Shown: positions 1 to 13,495 of the stretch, piece after piece
How the letters are laid out: each line of letters opens with the position of its first letter
Numbering within the stretch: the first letter of the stretch is position 1
Source of the DNA: Moniliella sp. 'wahieum'
Lineage: Eukaryota
Reading direction: 5' to 3'
Assembly: GCA_003971905.1 (NCBI GenBank)
Contig: RSEE01000025.1
Location: forward strand, 682,001-746,000
Length of the DNA: 64,000 nt
Position numbers and translations under genes: made by a program
The notes under the pieces: generated by a model
The model's input: the letters and a program-made list of their open reading frames with translations, nothing else
The model's database searches: none
Told to the model about the DNA's origin: nothing

Positions 1-700
1 GAGAGAGAATGCCTGTCTCTGTCTCCCAGCCTCTGTGGGCGGCGCAAGAAGGGGCTCGTCCTTTAGCTTCTCCAGCTCTCTCTGCTATACTATTAGTCAC
101 AAAACCCCACCGCGGGGGGGACACACAGAAGAGTGGGCACACCCGGTGGCGGTGCCTGTCGCTGCCGAGTGACAGTTTTGCGAGAAGCACGTGTACCCCC
201 CACATGCATCCATGCATCCATGCCTCCACACACACCCCAACTGAAACTGTGGTGTATTGGACATTTTGCTCTGCATGTGGGTGGCACCATGTGTGGCTTC
301 CTCGAGAAGTGGCATACACGTTCAACCAAGAAGAACGCCAGCTAAAAGGGCGTAAAAACCCCAGAGCTTGACTAATTAGTACATACCCTACAATAGATGT
401 GTATACTGTTAACTGCCACGACCAGAGCCTCTCGAGCACCCCCACAGTATGCCACATCTATCCTGATTCAGAGAGAGAGGCGCCACCGTTCCCTTCAAGA
501 CCACAGCCAGCCTCTCCTGTTGTACTCTTATGGATGGCGCTAGGCACGGAGCGATTTGGCCGAACGCGAACGTTGTGGCGCAGACTCTCGCGAGCTTAGT
601 GCTGTTTTTTAGTTCCAAGCGAGAGGACGCTCGCGCCTTCGTTATCTCTCTGTCATAACATCTTGTTGCTTGTACTAGAGTGAAGAGTGACTAAAAAGCA

Positions 701-706
701 TATAAA
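701..706 (+). promoter_or_regulatory. TATA box of the polygalacturonase gene
   Basis: TATAAA about 95 nt upstream of ATG 798, followed by a CT-rich leader. Confidence 0.55.
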
Positions 707-797
707 TCGTCCATCTTCCTCATCTCTCTCACAAGTCTCCTCATACTCACATTCCCCCCCTCACCTCTCTCCCACATTCGACCTTGTTCTCCTCGCC

Positions 798-2084
798 ATG
801 CAAATTTCCCCCTTCTTCGTTTTCTGCCCTGGGCATGACATCCGTCGTCTCAGCGCGGAACCCCATTACAAAACGGATGAGCGTACCCCGTCACGTTCAT
901 GGTGCCCGCTCAGGGGGCACCTGCACCATTTCGGACTACTCCCAGATTGGTCAAGTTTCCACTTGCCAAACAATTGTACTGCAAGATCTTGCAGTGCCGG
1001 CCGGGGAGACGCTCACACTCAAGCTTCCTGACCAGGCTCACCTGACATTTTCGGGAACGACCACGTTTGGGTACAAAGAGTGGGAGGGTCCCCATTTCCC
1101 TGAGTGGAACCGGGCTCACCGTCACCGCTGCCAAGGGCGCAGTGATTGATGGCGGTGGTCCCAAATACTGGGACGGTCAGGGGGAAAGGGAAAGACCAAG
1201 CCCAAGTTTTTCCGTATGGAGGATATGACCAATAGCCACGTCACCGGGTTGACGGTCCAGAACACCCCGGTGCAAGCATTCAGCATTACCAATGCCCAAT
1301 CTCTCTTCCTCGACCACATCACCATCGACAACCGACTTGGTGACACTCAAGGCGGACACAACACTGACGGCTTTGATGTGGCCAACAGTGACGGAGTGTT
1401 CATTACCAACCCGACTGTACGTACAGAGCTATATCCCTCTCCCATCTCTCTCATCACTGCTTTTTTATCTGACCGATTTTCACTTCAATAGGTATGGAAC
1501 CAAGACGACTGCCTTGCCATCAATAGCGGCAACAACACCCTCTTTTCGGGTGCCATGTGCTCGGGCGGTCACGGCATCTCGATTGGCTCCGTCGCTGCTG
1601 ACTCAACTGTGTCCGGTGTACACGTGGAGAACTGGTGAGTAACAATTCCACTTCCAATATTCTGCTCTGCTCTGGACCTGTTTTGAGCCCTCATTTTCTG
1701 ACCGCTCCCCTTTCCCCATACAGCCAAGTGATGAACAGTGCCAACGGTATCCGGATCAAGACCGTGCAGGACGCAACCGACGGAGCGGTGACCAACGTCA
1801 CGTACACAGGAGTTGCCTTGACCAACATCACCCAGTTTGGCATGGTGATCGAGCAGGACTACTCCAAGTCCAGTGGAGGTCCTAGCGGGCACCCTACAGC
1901 CGGAATTCCCATTACCGATGTGACCATCAACAACATTACCGGTACCGTCGCATCGGATGCTTCGCCGCTCAACATTGTCTGCGCCCAAGGCGGGTGCAAC
2001 AGCTGGACTGTGACGGGCTTCGACGTTACTGGAGGCAAGCCGTCGAGCTCGTGCCAGAACGTCCCTGCAGGGTTGAAGTGCTAG
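798..2084 (+). CDS. Secreted endopolygalacturonase (GH28); introns 1417-1491 and 1635-1723; apparent indel frameshifts
   Basis: Hydrophobic N-terminus and all GH28 motifs: [37 protein letters not shown]-terminal Cys pattern. GTACGT..TAG and GTGAGT..CAG introns restore the frame. Confidence 0.93.
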
Positions 2085-5000
2085 CTGATTAGCCTACCAT
2101 TTCTTGTGAGCCCCACTGCCGTCTCACAGGCCCTCGCATTCTTTTCTTCCCACCGTCCTCTTCAAGCTTCAAGCATACCTTCTTTTTGTAATTTGTTGCG
2201 ATTTGCAGCTGCGGGCAGCTCCGAACATGTCGCTACACGAATCTCCGAGGCCAATGCCGTATTATATATTCATTCTACATTCTATTCTTCTCCCTCCTTC
2301 GCCGTCAGAGTGTGGTGTCCCTAACAAGTGGTATGCTACCTTTAGCCGACAGAAAATGCCTTCAACGCGTATGGTATCTGTTACGGGTTGCGTTGGATCC
2401 GAGCTGGTCCGAAACGAGTTAAGGCCGTCTGCTCTGCACATGCCCGGTAGAGCGCGTTCCGAAGTCAAACCAATTTTGACGATGGTTGGGTGAACCAGGT
2501 ACGGTAGCCCGAGTAACCATGCTAACTAAGGCCACCAAACTTCCGGTATCTTTGCGACGACTGTTGCCTCCTTTTCCCCGACCCTTCCTTTTCGTTTCTC
2601 TGTTGCGCCTGCGGCCACCGATTCCTGTTTTGACCCGTCTTCCTTTCTACATCCCCTCTTTCTCGTCCTCTCTCGTATACCTTCTCGTCCCTTCCCGCCT
2701 ATCCTCTCCAGCTCCTTCCCGTTTTCTAGCCAATTGATTCTTCAGTACAGGCAGCTTCCCCTCCACTTAGCTCCCACCTCCTCTTCCGACCTCGTTCTCC
2801 AGTTCTTCATCCGTCCAGTATTTCAGTCCTCATCACATATTTTTGATAACGGCACAGTTGCAGCCCCGAGCATTGAGAAGGGGGAAGTACCCGCTCCTCT
2901 CGTTTTTATTCGTTGGTTTAGGGTGCCACCGATAGCACATGCGACAATGCTCTCTCATCCCTTTGTCGCCATGGGCTTAGTTCGCGTCCTCCGTGGCGGA
3001 GACAATCAGAGCCAGGGCCACGGTTGGGAAAATGAGTGGGCAATGCGCTGTGCATCCTCTCCCTGCTGGACGGACCAGGGGTGGAGATAGATGCGTCTCA
3101 GCGGTGGGGCGCAACGCTTGCTTTATATACGGCGGCCTCCTTTCATATTATAGGTGACTTATTCTTGCCCCCGTCGTCTAGTGGGAAATTGCACTATTAC
3201 TCTTCTGTAGCACGCCCCATTTGCCGTCTCTCGCTTTCAACAAGTGTGAAGACAAACATATAACATGCTCACCCAGGGGTGCATGGACTTGGGCCGTACG
3301 AACATGGGCGTAGTATCACGGGCAACATGCCTCTTCGCAAGGCAAGGTGTTGTGTGGCCGATGAGAGGTCGCTGGGGACCCACAAAGACTATGCTAAAAG
3401 ATATGTGAAGCGTGGACACACCGGCATTACATGAGTCGAATCATATGTGCTTGCTTCCAACAGTCTGCTCCCTGAGGCCTGATCTCCGATCTAATCTCAG
3501 ATCGGAACTTCTAGACGGAGGAGAATAATGTCCTAAGAAGCGATTCGACCTTGGCATAGCGCGACGGCCATCCCATGGCTCTCGGCATAAACTTCACAGG
3601 GAGAGCTCGCGCAACGTCGTGATGTATCCCGCCCATCGAGCTCATCAACAGAGGAGATAAAGGGGCTAATATTGAGGGAAGAACGGGAGGGGGTGTTTAC
3701 TCATCTAGTATCCCACATGTACCCCTTTTCACATGTCCGACGTCGGAGACCTGTACCCAGGTTTTTCTTTCTCGTGTTGGATTTTCTGTTGACTAGAACT
3801 AGTGACTACTAATAACGTGTGTGATATCCGGCACCTGGTTGTGTGCATGTGATACATGCCGAAACGTGCGCATAGGGGTCACATGTCACAAGGGGCCGCA
3901 CGAGAACCGTGTAAAAGAGGTGCGCCAGAGCGTTCAGTTCAGCCACAAGTTACAAAAGTCCGACCGAATTAAGCCCCCCAGCTCACTTTGACAGCCACTA
4001 GCAGCTGTCAAAGTTGGGTCATTAGCGCATTAGCGGATCAGCGCATCAACAGCTGCGTCAGCGTCTGGGAAACGGAGGACGCTCCTGTGACACGTTGTGA
4101 CAGCTGCCAAAATGGATGGCGCAAGATACCGGATACGTAAAGGTGTGCTCTTGCGGCTTTTTACATCACGCACGCCATGATGCAGGAGAAGCATGACGGC
4201 ATGTGGCGTAAAGTGGGGGACAACGCGGGGCCCCGCAGGCCGCGCGGGGTGGGCCAGAGAAGACGGCGATCGGTGTGCTAGGTGATCTACATCTTCTGAA
4301 TGGAGCATATGGAATGCACATGATCAGATCATTCACATGCACATGCCACAACAGGTCTCGATGGCGTGCACGGGCATGACAGTTGGAGGTGGTGGCGATA
4401 GACGATTCTCGAAGTCCACGGGGTACGCAGTGTTCTCAGAACGTAGGGAAGCGTACCACAATACTTGATGGAGGCATTGCCTTCGCTTACGCCGGCTGGA
4501 CAGAGCGCATAGGCTGACCGAACTGAGCGCTGATCTGCAGGCACACCGTTGCTAACCCCTGCGTTTCAACAGCCTTTCAATTTTTGGTGGAGGTATCTAA
4601 TTCTGTGGTTGGAGACTAGTCCCCCCGCTATAGACCCTATTTTACACTATCCCGTTCTTCCCTACGACTTTGTGCACCCTTCCCTCATTTTCTCATTGCG
4701 GAGGCTTGGCAAAAGGAAACGAAAATGTTGATTAATGAGGGTCTCATAACTGGGTGTATCGGGGGAGCTGACCCAATATTATTCGATGCAAAAGGGAGCC
4801 TCACTCTACCGTCAAAAGTTTTTCCAACTTCATGTTTGCCCTTGTTCGCTTGATATATACTTTGAGAAACCGACGATAAGGCTCTCTCTTGTTGGAACTA
4901 CAGTGTTTGCCAGGTCACACACACAACCCATCGCCGTGCTTGCAGTTGGGTCCTGCCATATAGTTTGGCGGATCTCGCTCCCATTTCCATTTTCTTTGTC

Positions 5001-7677
5001 CCTATAGCGTCTCGCTCTTTGCCTGTTTCCTGCACTTCGCATCATGTCCTCTGCTCTTGTTTCTTCCCCACGAACAATTGCTACATCCCTTGACATAGTT
5101 TCGACTCTGGTCTCCATCGCCTTAGCCTCGAGATTGTAACAGGTTCCCTCTTTTGTTATCTCGTCTTAACGTTTCACGTCACCCCCTCAACACAGGCTGA
5201 GCATAGCGCTCGCTGAGCGTTCAGGCTGAACGTACGCTGAGCGCTGAACGTGCGCTGAACGTTGAACGTGTTCAGGCTGAACGTTGAACGGAGGTAGGCA
5301 TTTTGTGGGGTTATAGGCGTTTGTTGACGCTCGACAAACGTTTTTTATACAAGTTGTTGGAGGACTGGTTTTGCTGGCGGGAGCGGAGATCAGAGGTTTT
5401 GATTTATAAGTTTTCCTGTTACGCTTTACGCGTTACGGGCGCTGAGCGCTGATCGAAGATCGACAATACGCCCCTCTTAGGCCTTATTCCTAGTACCTAG
5501 TATGCACCGTCCTGATATGGTATTTGAGCTAACCATCATTTCATAACCATGCGCCACCAGTGCTCAGTTGAGCGCTGAGTCGAGGCTCAACACTAAGAGT
5601 GCTCAGCCGCTGAGGCTCGGCCCTGCTGATGGTTTAACGTTTACTCACACTGTCTATTGTGGGCGCCTCTCAGGCAGAGTTGTGAAGAGGCGCTGAAAGG
5701 GTCTGTGAGCATATGTGAGCGCCCTGAGCGCCTGAGCGCCTAAATAAGCCACAGTCTGAGCGCCTAAAGCCCTGATGGCGCCTCCACCCGGGCTGTTGTT
5801 GCCGTGTTGACCTCACTTCGTACTTACGGCTTACGCACCACCGCACAACGGTATACCCTCTGTGCTACTGCTCTGCAGGCCTCGGCCTCGCACCTCATGC
5901 ACTTCATACCTCGTGTGACATGTGACTTGTGACATGTGAGTGATCTCAGGCATCTCATGCATCACGCAATGGATTATGGATCTTTTCACGAATCATACAA
6001 TGCGGGGTGTGGAGGGGACGCAGATGTGTTGCGTGGTCCGGTAGGGTGTGACCGTCTGCGTTTCTCCGCTGCCCGCCACTCCGGCGGACGCGGGACGAGG
6101 CGGATAGGTTGAGTCGAGGGGTGTGGGGCCTGCTGGTACCTGTCTGGACGAGTCGTGTGCAACAAAGCAAGTCAGGCCAGTTGCAGTTTGGCGGCACGGG
6201 TGCCGATCACATGCACAATCGCTGACAACCCATCACACATCATGCGTCGCGCCGTTTATCATGTGCATCATGTGCACCATGCCCATCGCTGCTCAGCGCG
6301 CTCAGCTCAGCCTGAGCGTCATCTGCGCATTGGCCTTAGACGCTTAGGGCTTAGAGCTTAGACCCCGGCGCCCTTGCGCAGTAGCGGTGTGGCTGGAGGG
6401 TTGGACCTAGGGTGGTGGGGCTAACCACCAGCGCTTGAGATGGCCTCATTTTTGCTGATGATCAAGTCCATCGCGCCGATCGGTGCCTATAATAGCACGA
6501 AGTAATATAGTTACTATACGCGTTGCTTTTGGCTGTCGAGGCGTGCACTCCTTGTGCCCACGCTTAAGCGCGTATGCGCATATGCCGGTGCCGGTTCCAG
6601 CGCCGTGGCGAAGGGTATGGTTGTTGCCATCGGCAGGAGTCGGGGGTGGCCGGACTGCAGAGTCTCGGTGTGGGCCCCTGAGAGTGTCGAAGTCATTAGT
6701 ACTTAGTAACCTCGCCATCTTGCTTGATATAGTGACTAGTGAAGCTGGAAGCTACATTGCCACGACAGTTACAAGTTACGTGTTACGCGTGTTACGAGTC
6801 CTGAGGCCTTCAGCGGCGCGGCCGACCTCGGGGTTGCGTATAGGCATCTGGAATCAATACCTGCAGCGAGGGATCTTCTGTGAGTATGTGAGTTGGGATT
6901 GCAACCAACGCATGAGAATAACAAGCTGCTAATACATTTACCCCCGCAAGATGAACGGTTAGGTTTAGACGTAGCGTTCCCCCTGTCCCAGCCTTAAGCT
7001 CTGTCAATGAAATGGACGCAACATTGAGATTGAAAAACGTGACGGGATATGACAGATTGGATTGCTTTTCCTTTCATAGAAAGCGGCATTGGTTTCTCGA
7101 TGACATGCATGACATTCGATGACAGGAGAAGGACCGAGGCGTAGTAAGGCGTCGCGCAATGTCCTAGGGCCCCTCCGGGTCCTACCGAGGAACCACAAGG
7201 GACAGAGGTAGCACGCAGCCTTGGACGGACCGGCATGCGCTCGCTGCCCCCTTTTTGACACCATGCGTGACAGTGGCAGGGCGTCTGTGTGTTTCTGGTT
7301 GCCTCATTGCGCCGCAGAGTCCGCAGGGTCCAGTGTCTCATCTCCTCCAAGTTTTCCCGCAGCCCCACGGCAGCAGTGGGAATCGATGGGCGGTCTGGGA
7401 CGTCCGTGTGAATGGAACTGGGGAACAGCTACGCGCTTAGGTTAAGCGCCAAGCACCAAGTGCCAAGTGCAGCATCCCCCACCCTTGTCACTCGGTCACT
7501 CTGTCACCATGCGCAATGCGGGCAATCTTGCCTTCTTACCTTCATCACTTGTCCTTCCGCATCCTCCTCCCCGCCTGCATAACCTCTCTGTCATTCGCAG
7601 CGACCACACAGAGTCTACGTTTTAGCCTTGCGCACCGCCCCGGTTAAAGTCGTCACCCACATTCCTGGCCGGCTCCC

Positions 7678-9303
7678 ATGTCTACTCAACCACCCCTCCT
7701 CACCGCCAGTGTTGGCTTTTCCCCCGTGTCCGCCTCAGCCAGCTCGTTGCACCTGCCAGGACCTGCTCTGACTGCCGCCGGGCGTGACAGCGACGAAGAT
7801 AGCATGGACGATGGTTTTTGGGATCAAGTGCGTGGCATTTCTGTCTTCAGTACTCTGCCGTTTGATGCACACCGCACAGAGCGCTTTGACTGACCCTTCT
7901 TGCTTCATTTGTTGCCCTCAGAATGATATCTCGTTTCGGCAGGAGCTGCTGGGCATATTGCAATCGGCCATGATGTCATCCAGGACGCTTGGGTCATTCA
8001 ACAGCTCGCGCACCACCCTTCCGCCCAGTCCGGAGGACCCTCCCATGCGCACCTCCAGCCCTGCCACCTCGCTTCACGATTCCGCCGAATCCCATGCCGA
8101 GGACACGCCCACGTTGGACCACGCAGTTCCACTGGAATCCAGTTCGCCTCTGCGTCCCGTAGGATCGTTAGATACGCTGCGCAACCAGCCTTACGCACCA
8201 CCCAGCAACGGTAACACTCCGTCTGCGAAGTCTCCTACAGCGACTGAGTCTAACGAGCTAGATCAGCTACTGAACTCGTTTCCTTCCCCCTCGTCCTGCC
8301 TCACCCCGTCTCGCACGAAGTCCCGGACCCGGAAACTATCACATGTACCCTCGGCCCCACAGCTGAGTCCACGGAAGTACCCGCTGCATTGCTCCCACCC
8401 TCGCACTTCGCCGTCGTGCGCCCGTTCCCTCCATGCCCTCTTTGCCTTCCCTACCAGCCTCCACATCCCTTCCTATACCCAGTGCTCCTCCATGCCCACA
8501 ACTTCAATCACGCAATCAGGAGGAAAACAGGTCGTCGTCGTCGTGGCATTCGTTGGGCAAGAGTCCGCTGAAAAAAACTTTCTCTGGCCGCTCTATAGTG
8601 CCTTTACCTCGCGCACCACCACGGTGAACAAGGCGGGTGGAACCGCACCGTCTAACCCGCTGCAGGCTGCTTCAGATTTTCCCACATCATCTCCTGCTCT
8701 TGCTCCTACGTCTACAGCTACGGCTATGGTTTACCTACGGCTGTACCTATGGCTGCTCCTAAGGCTGTGCCTACGGCTGCTCCTACTGCTGTGCCTACTG
8801 CTGTGCCTAGGGCGCTTCCGATCCGTCGCCCGTCATGCCCGCCATGCGAACGCGACTGCTTGCAAGCCGACGCCCATGCACAGCACATCACCACCGTTTT
8901 GAACAAGCTGGGTTTAGCACCAGAGTCGGACAAACGACCTGCACCAGTGCAAGTGCCACCCACTTATCCAGTTTCCAAGTACGCGGGCCAAACTCCCCGC
9001 GGCTCGCGCGACATTGATGCGCTTATGGCTTCCTTGCAACCCGGTACCCTCCTCTTTCGCCACCTCACCCTCTGCGTCGCCAAACTTGCGTCCCGCACCC
9101 CCGCCGGCCGGGCGGTACACGTCTCGGCTCTCGTCGGCACCCGAAAATTGCGTTCCTTCTCCCACTCCCCGGGCGAGCGCGCACACCCATGCGTCTCAAA
9201 CCCAGGTCTAGAGCATGGCCAGGTTCCCCTCTCTTCCTTCGAACTTGCCACGCCACCGCCCCAGCTTGCCTGCCACGCCTTCCCTCCCGGATCGCTCGTT
9301 TGA
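7678..9303 (+). CDS. Hypothetical Ser/Pro-rich protein (intron 7828-7921; frameshifted)
   Basis: ATG after a CT-rich leader. A GTGCGT..CAG intron with a CTGAC branch joins ORFs 7678 and 7784. Overlapping long ORFs run to 9303 with AVPT/AAPT repeats. No recognised domain. Confidence 0.5.
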
Positions 9304-10686
9304 TGCTTAGGATCCAACAGGGCGGAAGGCGGTCGAGCATGGCACGGTAGTGGAGGCGGCGTCTTAACCCCTCTTGATCTGTTCACAAGGGGTTCTATTC
9401 ATGTACTCTACTCATTTTATTGGCATGTGCATGTGCCCGCACGATTTCATCCTCCTTTCCACCCTACTGATTGGACCCATTCATCCTTTTTGGATCTCAA
9501 CAGAACGTGGATGCTCACGATCTGTTTTGCCATATGGTTCTGCCCCCTCCCTTCGACCTGTGTGACCTATGTAACTGGTGTAGTGAGTAACACGAGCGGG
9601 CAGACGGAAATATGTAAACAGTTCTCTGCACTCTCATGTAGACAAACTCCACGCCAAGACGTACATTAAGCGACGATCAACTCGATTGATGCGATCAGCT
9701 GTTGTTTGCAGTCGGTCCCTTAGCGTCCACAGACTCACGGGTTTCCTGAACCTGGATGGGTGGGGGAGGGGGCAGGTGGCTTCAGCTGAAGGTTCACAAA
9801 CAAAACCCGTTTTTGGGCCGGAAGGAACGATCTGCACTCCCCCAACCCAACTACGTGGCCATATTTGTATTCGTTGGGACTGATGAAAGGTAGGAAGGGA
9901 TCGAGTATGTGCTAGATAACTCGTGTTCTGTTCATACACTAGCCCTTGTGTGCTTGCTGTTATCCGATGGACACCTCCACCTCTATCAACACTGGGCAAG
10001 CGTCGGTTGATATCACACTGATAGCTGCCTGTCCACATCAACATTCGCCCTGGGAGCCACAATTGTCCGCCGGGCTCACAGCGCTCCCAGGGTCGACGGC
10101 AGGACTGGCAATTTGACTCGAGGTGGGACTGGGTAGTGGATGGCCCTCCGGATCCATTTCCATTGCGACTATAGGATAAGGCGGTCAGGCTAAAAAGAAA
10201 GCAAATGGTCGTGTGATGACTGATTACTGGTGATGGAGTAAACACTTTCGCGCCTGGTAGTGGTTATTGGCATGCCCCCCGTGCAAGGGCAGGTGCCGAT
10301 CTGGCGGCCATCGGATGAGATGGCTAGCACAAACAATACAAAGTAACCGTTTTCAAGCTGAGTGCGATCCGGCTGAGGGGATGTGCTGATTCCCCCTACG
10401 CATGCTGTTCTTGGCCTGATGTAGCAGGACTTGGCTCCTGCTTCAGCCTATCGGTAGCGGTACCGGATCCATGAGGACACACGACGGAGATGAGGATACA
10501 TATCGAGGGAGGGTATGCAAAAAATGGAGTGGAAGGGGAACAAGGCAGGCAAACGACAGCACCAGTGTAGCAAGGAGACGAGACTCCGTTTGAACCCCTC
10601 CTCCCCTCCCTTCTCCCTGAAGGCTTAGGCGCGAAGGGTGGGATGGGGGAAGGGGAGTAGCCCACACAGTCTCTCAAATCTGGAGT

Positions 10687-11289
10687 TTAGAGCAGATCGA
10701 AATCGTCCAGCTCATTGTTGTACTTGGCAATGGTGCGCTTGATGTGCGAGGTGTCGAGCCAGGTGACAAAGTCTTGGCGGTTGCGCGTGACGAGGTAGGC
10801 GGGATCGGTGATGGTATCCGGTCCCACCCGCACATGCCCGCCTTGGACGTACTGCGTTGCTTGGCTCACCGTGTCGGCCATCTTGAGGCGAACCATGATG
10901 ACGGGCAAGCGGCGGCGGGCAAAAGAAGACACTGTAACCTTTTCCATAATGTCACTTGGTTTCTCCGCCGTGGAGAGCAGACCCATATCGTACAACTTGG
11001 CCAGCAGTTGTTGTTCGTGCTTGGTGCGGAACGAGTCTTGGGCTGGCAGCGTGCCGAGACGGAGGACAAGGTGGCGGATCTGGCCTACCAAACGATTGTA
11101 GGTGGCATACTCTTCCCGCCCAGAAAGCTGGTAGCGCTTGATGATCTTGACCTGCCGCACGTTGTCCTCGCCTTTCCATTCCAGAAAGTCGTGCCTGGTG
11201 GGGGTGCGTCAGGACACACGGACAGAAACGCAGAGGAGAAGAACGTACTTCTTGAGCAGCTTGGCTTCGTGGTGTTTGAGTTTACGCAT
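10687..11289 (-). CDS. IMP3: U3 snoRNP protein Imp3 (S4 domain); intron 11195-11248
   Basis: Spliced N-terminus MRKLKHHEAKLLKKHDFLEWK, plus SSFARRRLPVIMVRLKMA, GHVRVGPDTITDPAYLVTR and the C-terminus YNNELDDFDLL. Confidence 0.95.
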
Positions 11290-11593
11290 CGTGGGGCGGA
11301 GGGAGGCGCAAGAGGGGGTAGTGGTGGCGGGAGCGGCGGGTGGGAGCGGGTCGCGAGTGAGCCAGGGGATGTGGCCCCGCCCAGCTGAGGCTCTCCCCAG
11401 CAGGTGTATTTTTTTTTTGCTGAAATCAATTACTCATGGCCAGACCCGATCCGCCTTTCCGCCCGCTCGGTTCCGCTCCGCGCGACACTTTTTTTCTTCT
11501 TCTGTCTCTTCGCGCTGTTGGCCCCAGCTTGGCGTTGCCCTACCACCACCACCCACCTCATCCCCCACCAGGTACGTTGCTGGCTTCCCTCCT

Positions 11594-11691
11594 GGGAGAG
11601 GATGACAATACCCTCATTGCTCTAGGCCTGGCCTTTCTACCAAAGGGCTGGGACTCGATGACCCGAGATTTGTCATAGTTACCCTGATCCT
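11594..11691 (+). ncRNA. Box C/D snoRNA, SNORD46/snR63-like, intronic
   Basis: Box C-like AGGATGA (11599-11605), C'-like CGATGA, box D CTGA (11684-11687), terminal stem GGGA/TCCT. The guide GTCATAGTTAC upstream of box D is complementary to LSU rRNA helix 69 GUAACUAUGAC. Lies inside GTACGT..CAG intron 11572-11745. Confidence 0.85.
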
Positions 11692-12351
11692 TCTCATCCT
11701 CCGTCGATGGCCTCCAAACTGACCTCTCGTTTGTGGCTTGTGCAGATTCAAGGAGCTTGAGCCGGAATTTGGTCTACTTTGTCGCATGGGGCCAGGTCAA
11801 GGTGGCGGTATTTCCTCCGACGGGTTTCTATATGCTAAACGCATGGGCTTTTTCGTGGCAAGAGCTGTGGGCGCCATGCGACCCCTTGGATAGGTACGTC
11901 CACTCGGCTACTGACACTTACGACAATTTCATGGGTATCCCCACGCTCTTAACGGGTGCATGCATAATGAGAGATCAGTTGTGTCCTCTTAGTCCTTGTG
12001 CGGTGTCCTTGTGCGGTTCCTAGCCGAAGTCGATGGGGCATGTCAGCGGCAGTTTTGTTTTATTAATCGGCCCGGAGTAATCCTGCCATAGAAAGGTTTT
12101 GCCGTGGGCCGAGAGGGTGGATAATCGACTATCAACGATCATTCTGCTGCTCGCCCCACCCTCTCGACAACGAGACATGCCTTCATTGTCTATGCCATAC
12201 ATACTCAAGTGGACGATGTGGTTGAACGCTGAACAGGTTTGTTCCTTGTTTGTGCTCATTAATCATTGGCCATTGCGCTCCTTTTGTCTTGGCATACTTT
12301 ATCCCTCTTCCTGGCAGAATGACATGTGAGGAAGAGAAAATGTATGTTAGT

Positions 12352-13495
12352 CTAGACGGGACAGAACGCCAAGTAGGCCGCCAACGTTGCTGAAGGCCCC
12401 AAGACCAAGGTCACAGCCAATGTGAGGGGAAGACTGAGCATAAGGGGCGTATCGAGCTCCCATGCGATCCACAACGGCGTGCTGAGCGCAATACCCACGT
12501 GGTCCAAGCCGATGGATGCACGGGCAGGGTGCGACCACAGGGTTTCCCACAGCCGGTCCCAGAGAGGCAACGAGCTCGCCTCGTACACCGCTTGGGTCGC
12601 CTTAGCTCGTACAAGCAGAGCAGCGAGGGTGAGCAGGAGGTAGGTCGCGCGCGCCCTGCGGATTTGTCGAGAGGGAGCGTCGGCTGAGGCGGCCCAGAGA
12701 GGGAGAGGGAGAGAGAGAAGCAGCGGGCCCAAATGCATGACCAAGATCGACCCCAGTTCGATGGGGTGGGCATAGACAACTGCCATCCCCAATGGAACGG
12801 CAATGCAAGTGAGCCACCATCCCTTTCCACTGAACCCGCCTAATCCCTTGTGCGGTTTGCCTGCTCCTCTTTCCCACTGGAGCGAGGGGTCAGGGCCGAA
12901 CCAGCAGCGGCGGCACGCAGAAACAGGTTGTTGGCCACCGAGATGGCCACCAGCTGGCCCGTGAGCATGTACACCCATAGCCCTTGGACCTGGTAGCGGC
13001 CTGCGAGACGACGCATAAACAGGGGCCAGACACCAACGGTGAAGAGACAGATTTCAGCCGACCACCACCAACTGGTGGGGGTGGCGACGACAGTCAGCCA
13101 CGCCTGTTCGAACAGCCCCGTGGCCTTAAGCCAAGCATGCAGCTGTGCTACATAGAGCGGCAAGCGCGTCACATGGCACCCGACCCAGCCCTCTGCCTCT
13201 TCCGTACACGAGGCTAGAGTCCAGATCGGTTCAGCGCGCTCGGCTTGCTGTGCCCCAAAGGTGCGGTAGGACCAGGCGAGGAAGGCGAACATCTGGCTCC
13301 AGGTCCCCAAGAGGGTCAGGACGGAAAGCGAGGTCCACAGCACAGTGGCACGCGTGGGAGCAGCGGGAGCGAGAGCCAAGGAGCGGACAAGCAGGAGAGC
13401 GACGACAAGGAGGTACGTGACGAGGATGAGGATGGGGATGCTGGTCAACGTCCAGGCCAGTGCGAGGAGCACCGCACCAAGCGTCTGCCCCCATC
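12352..13495 (-). CDS. Multi-pass membrane protein of unknown function (frameshifted)
   Basis: Overlapping ORFs 12840-13472 and 12352-12978 with many hydrophobic segments (LFEQAW..WWWSAEICLFTVG, YMLTGQLVAISVANNLFL, HPARASIGLD). Start position uncertain. Confidence 0.7.

Noticed and set aside
3670..3860. Polypurine tract followed by TG as an LTR start
   Set aside because: No second LTR copy, PBS or RT/integrase motifs were found.
9634..10245. 203-aa minus-strand ORF with a few Cys
   Set aside because: No complete zinc-cluster motif, no convincing ATG start and no recognisable family.
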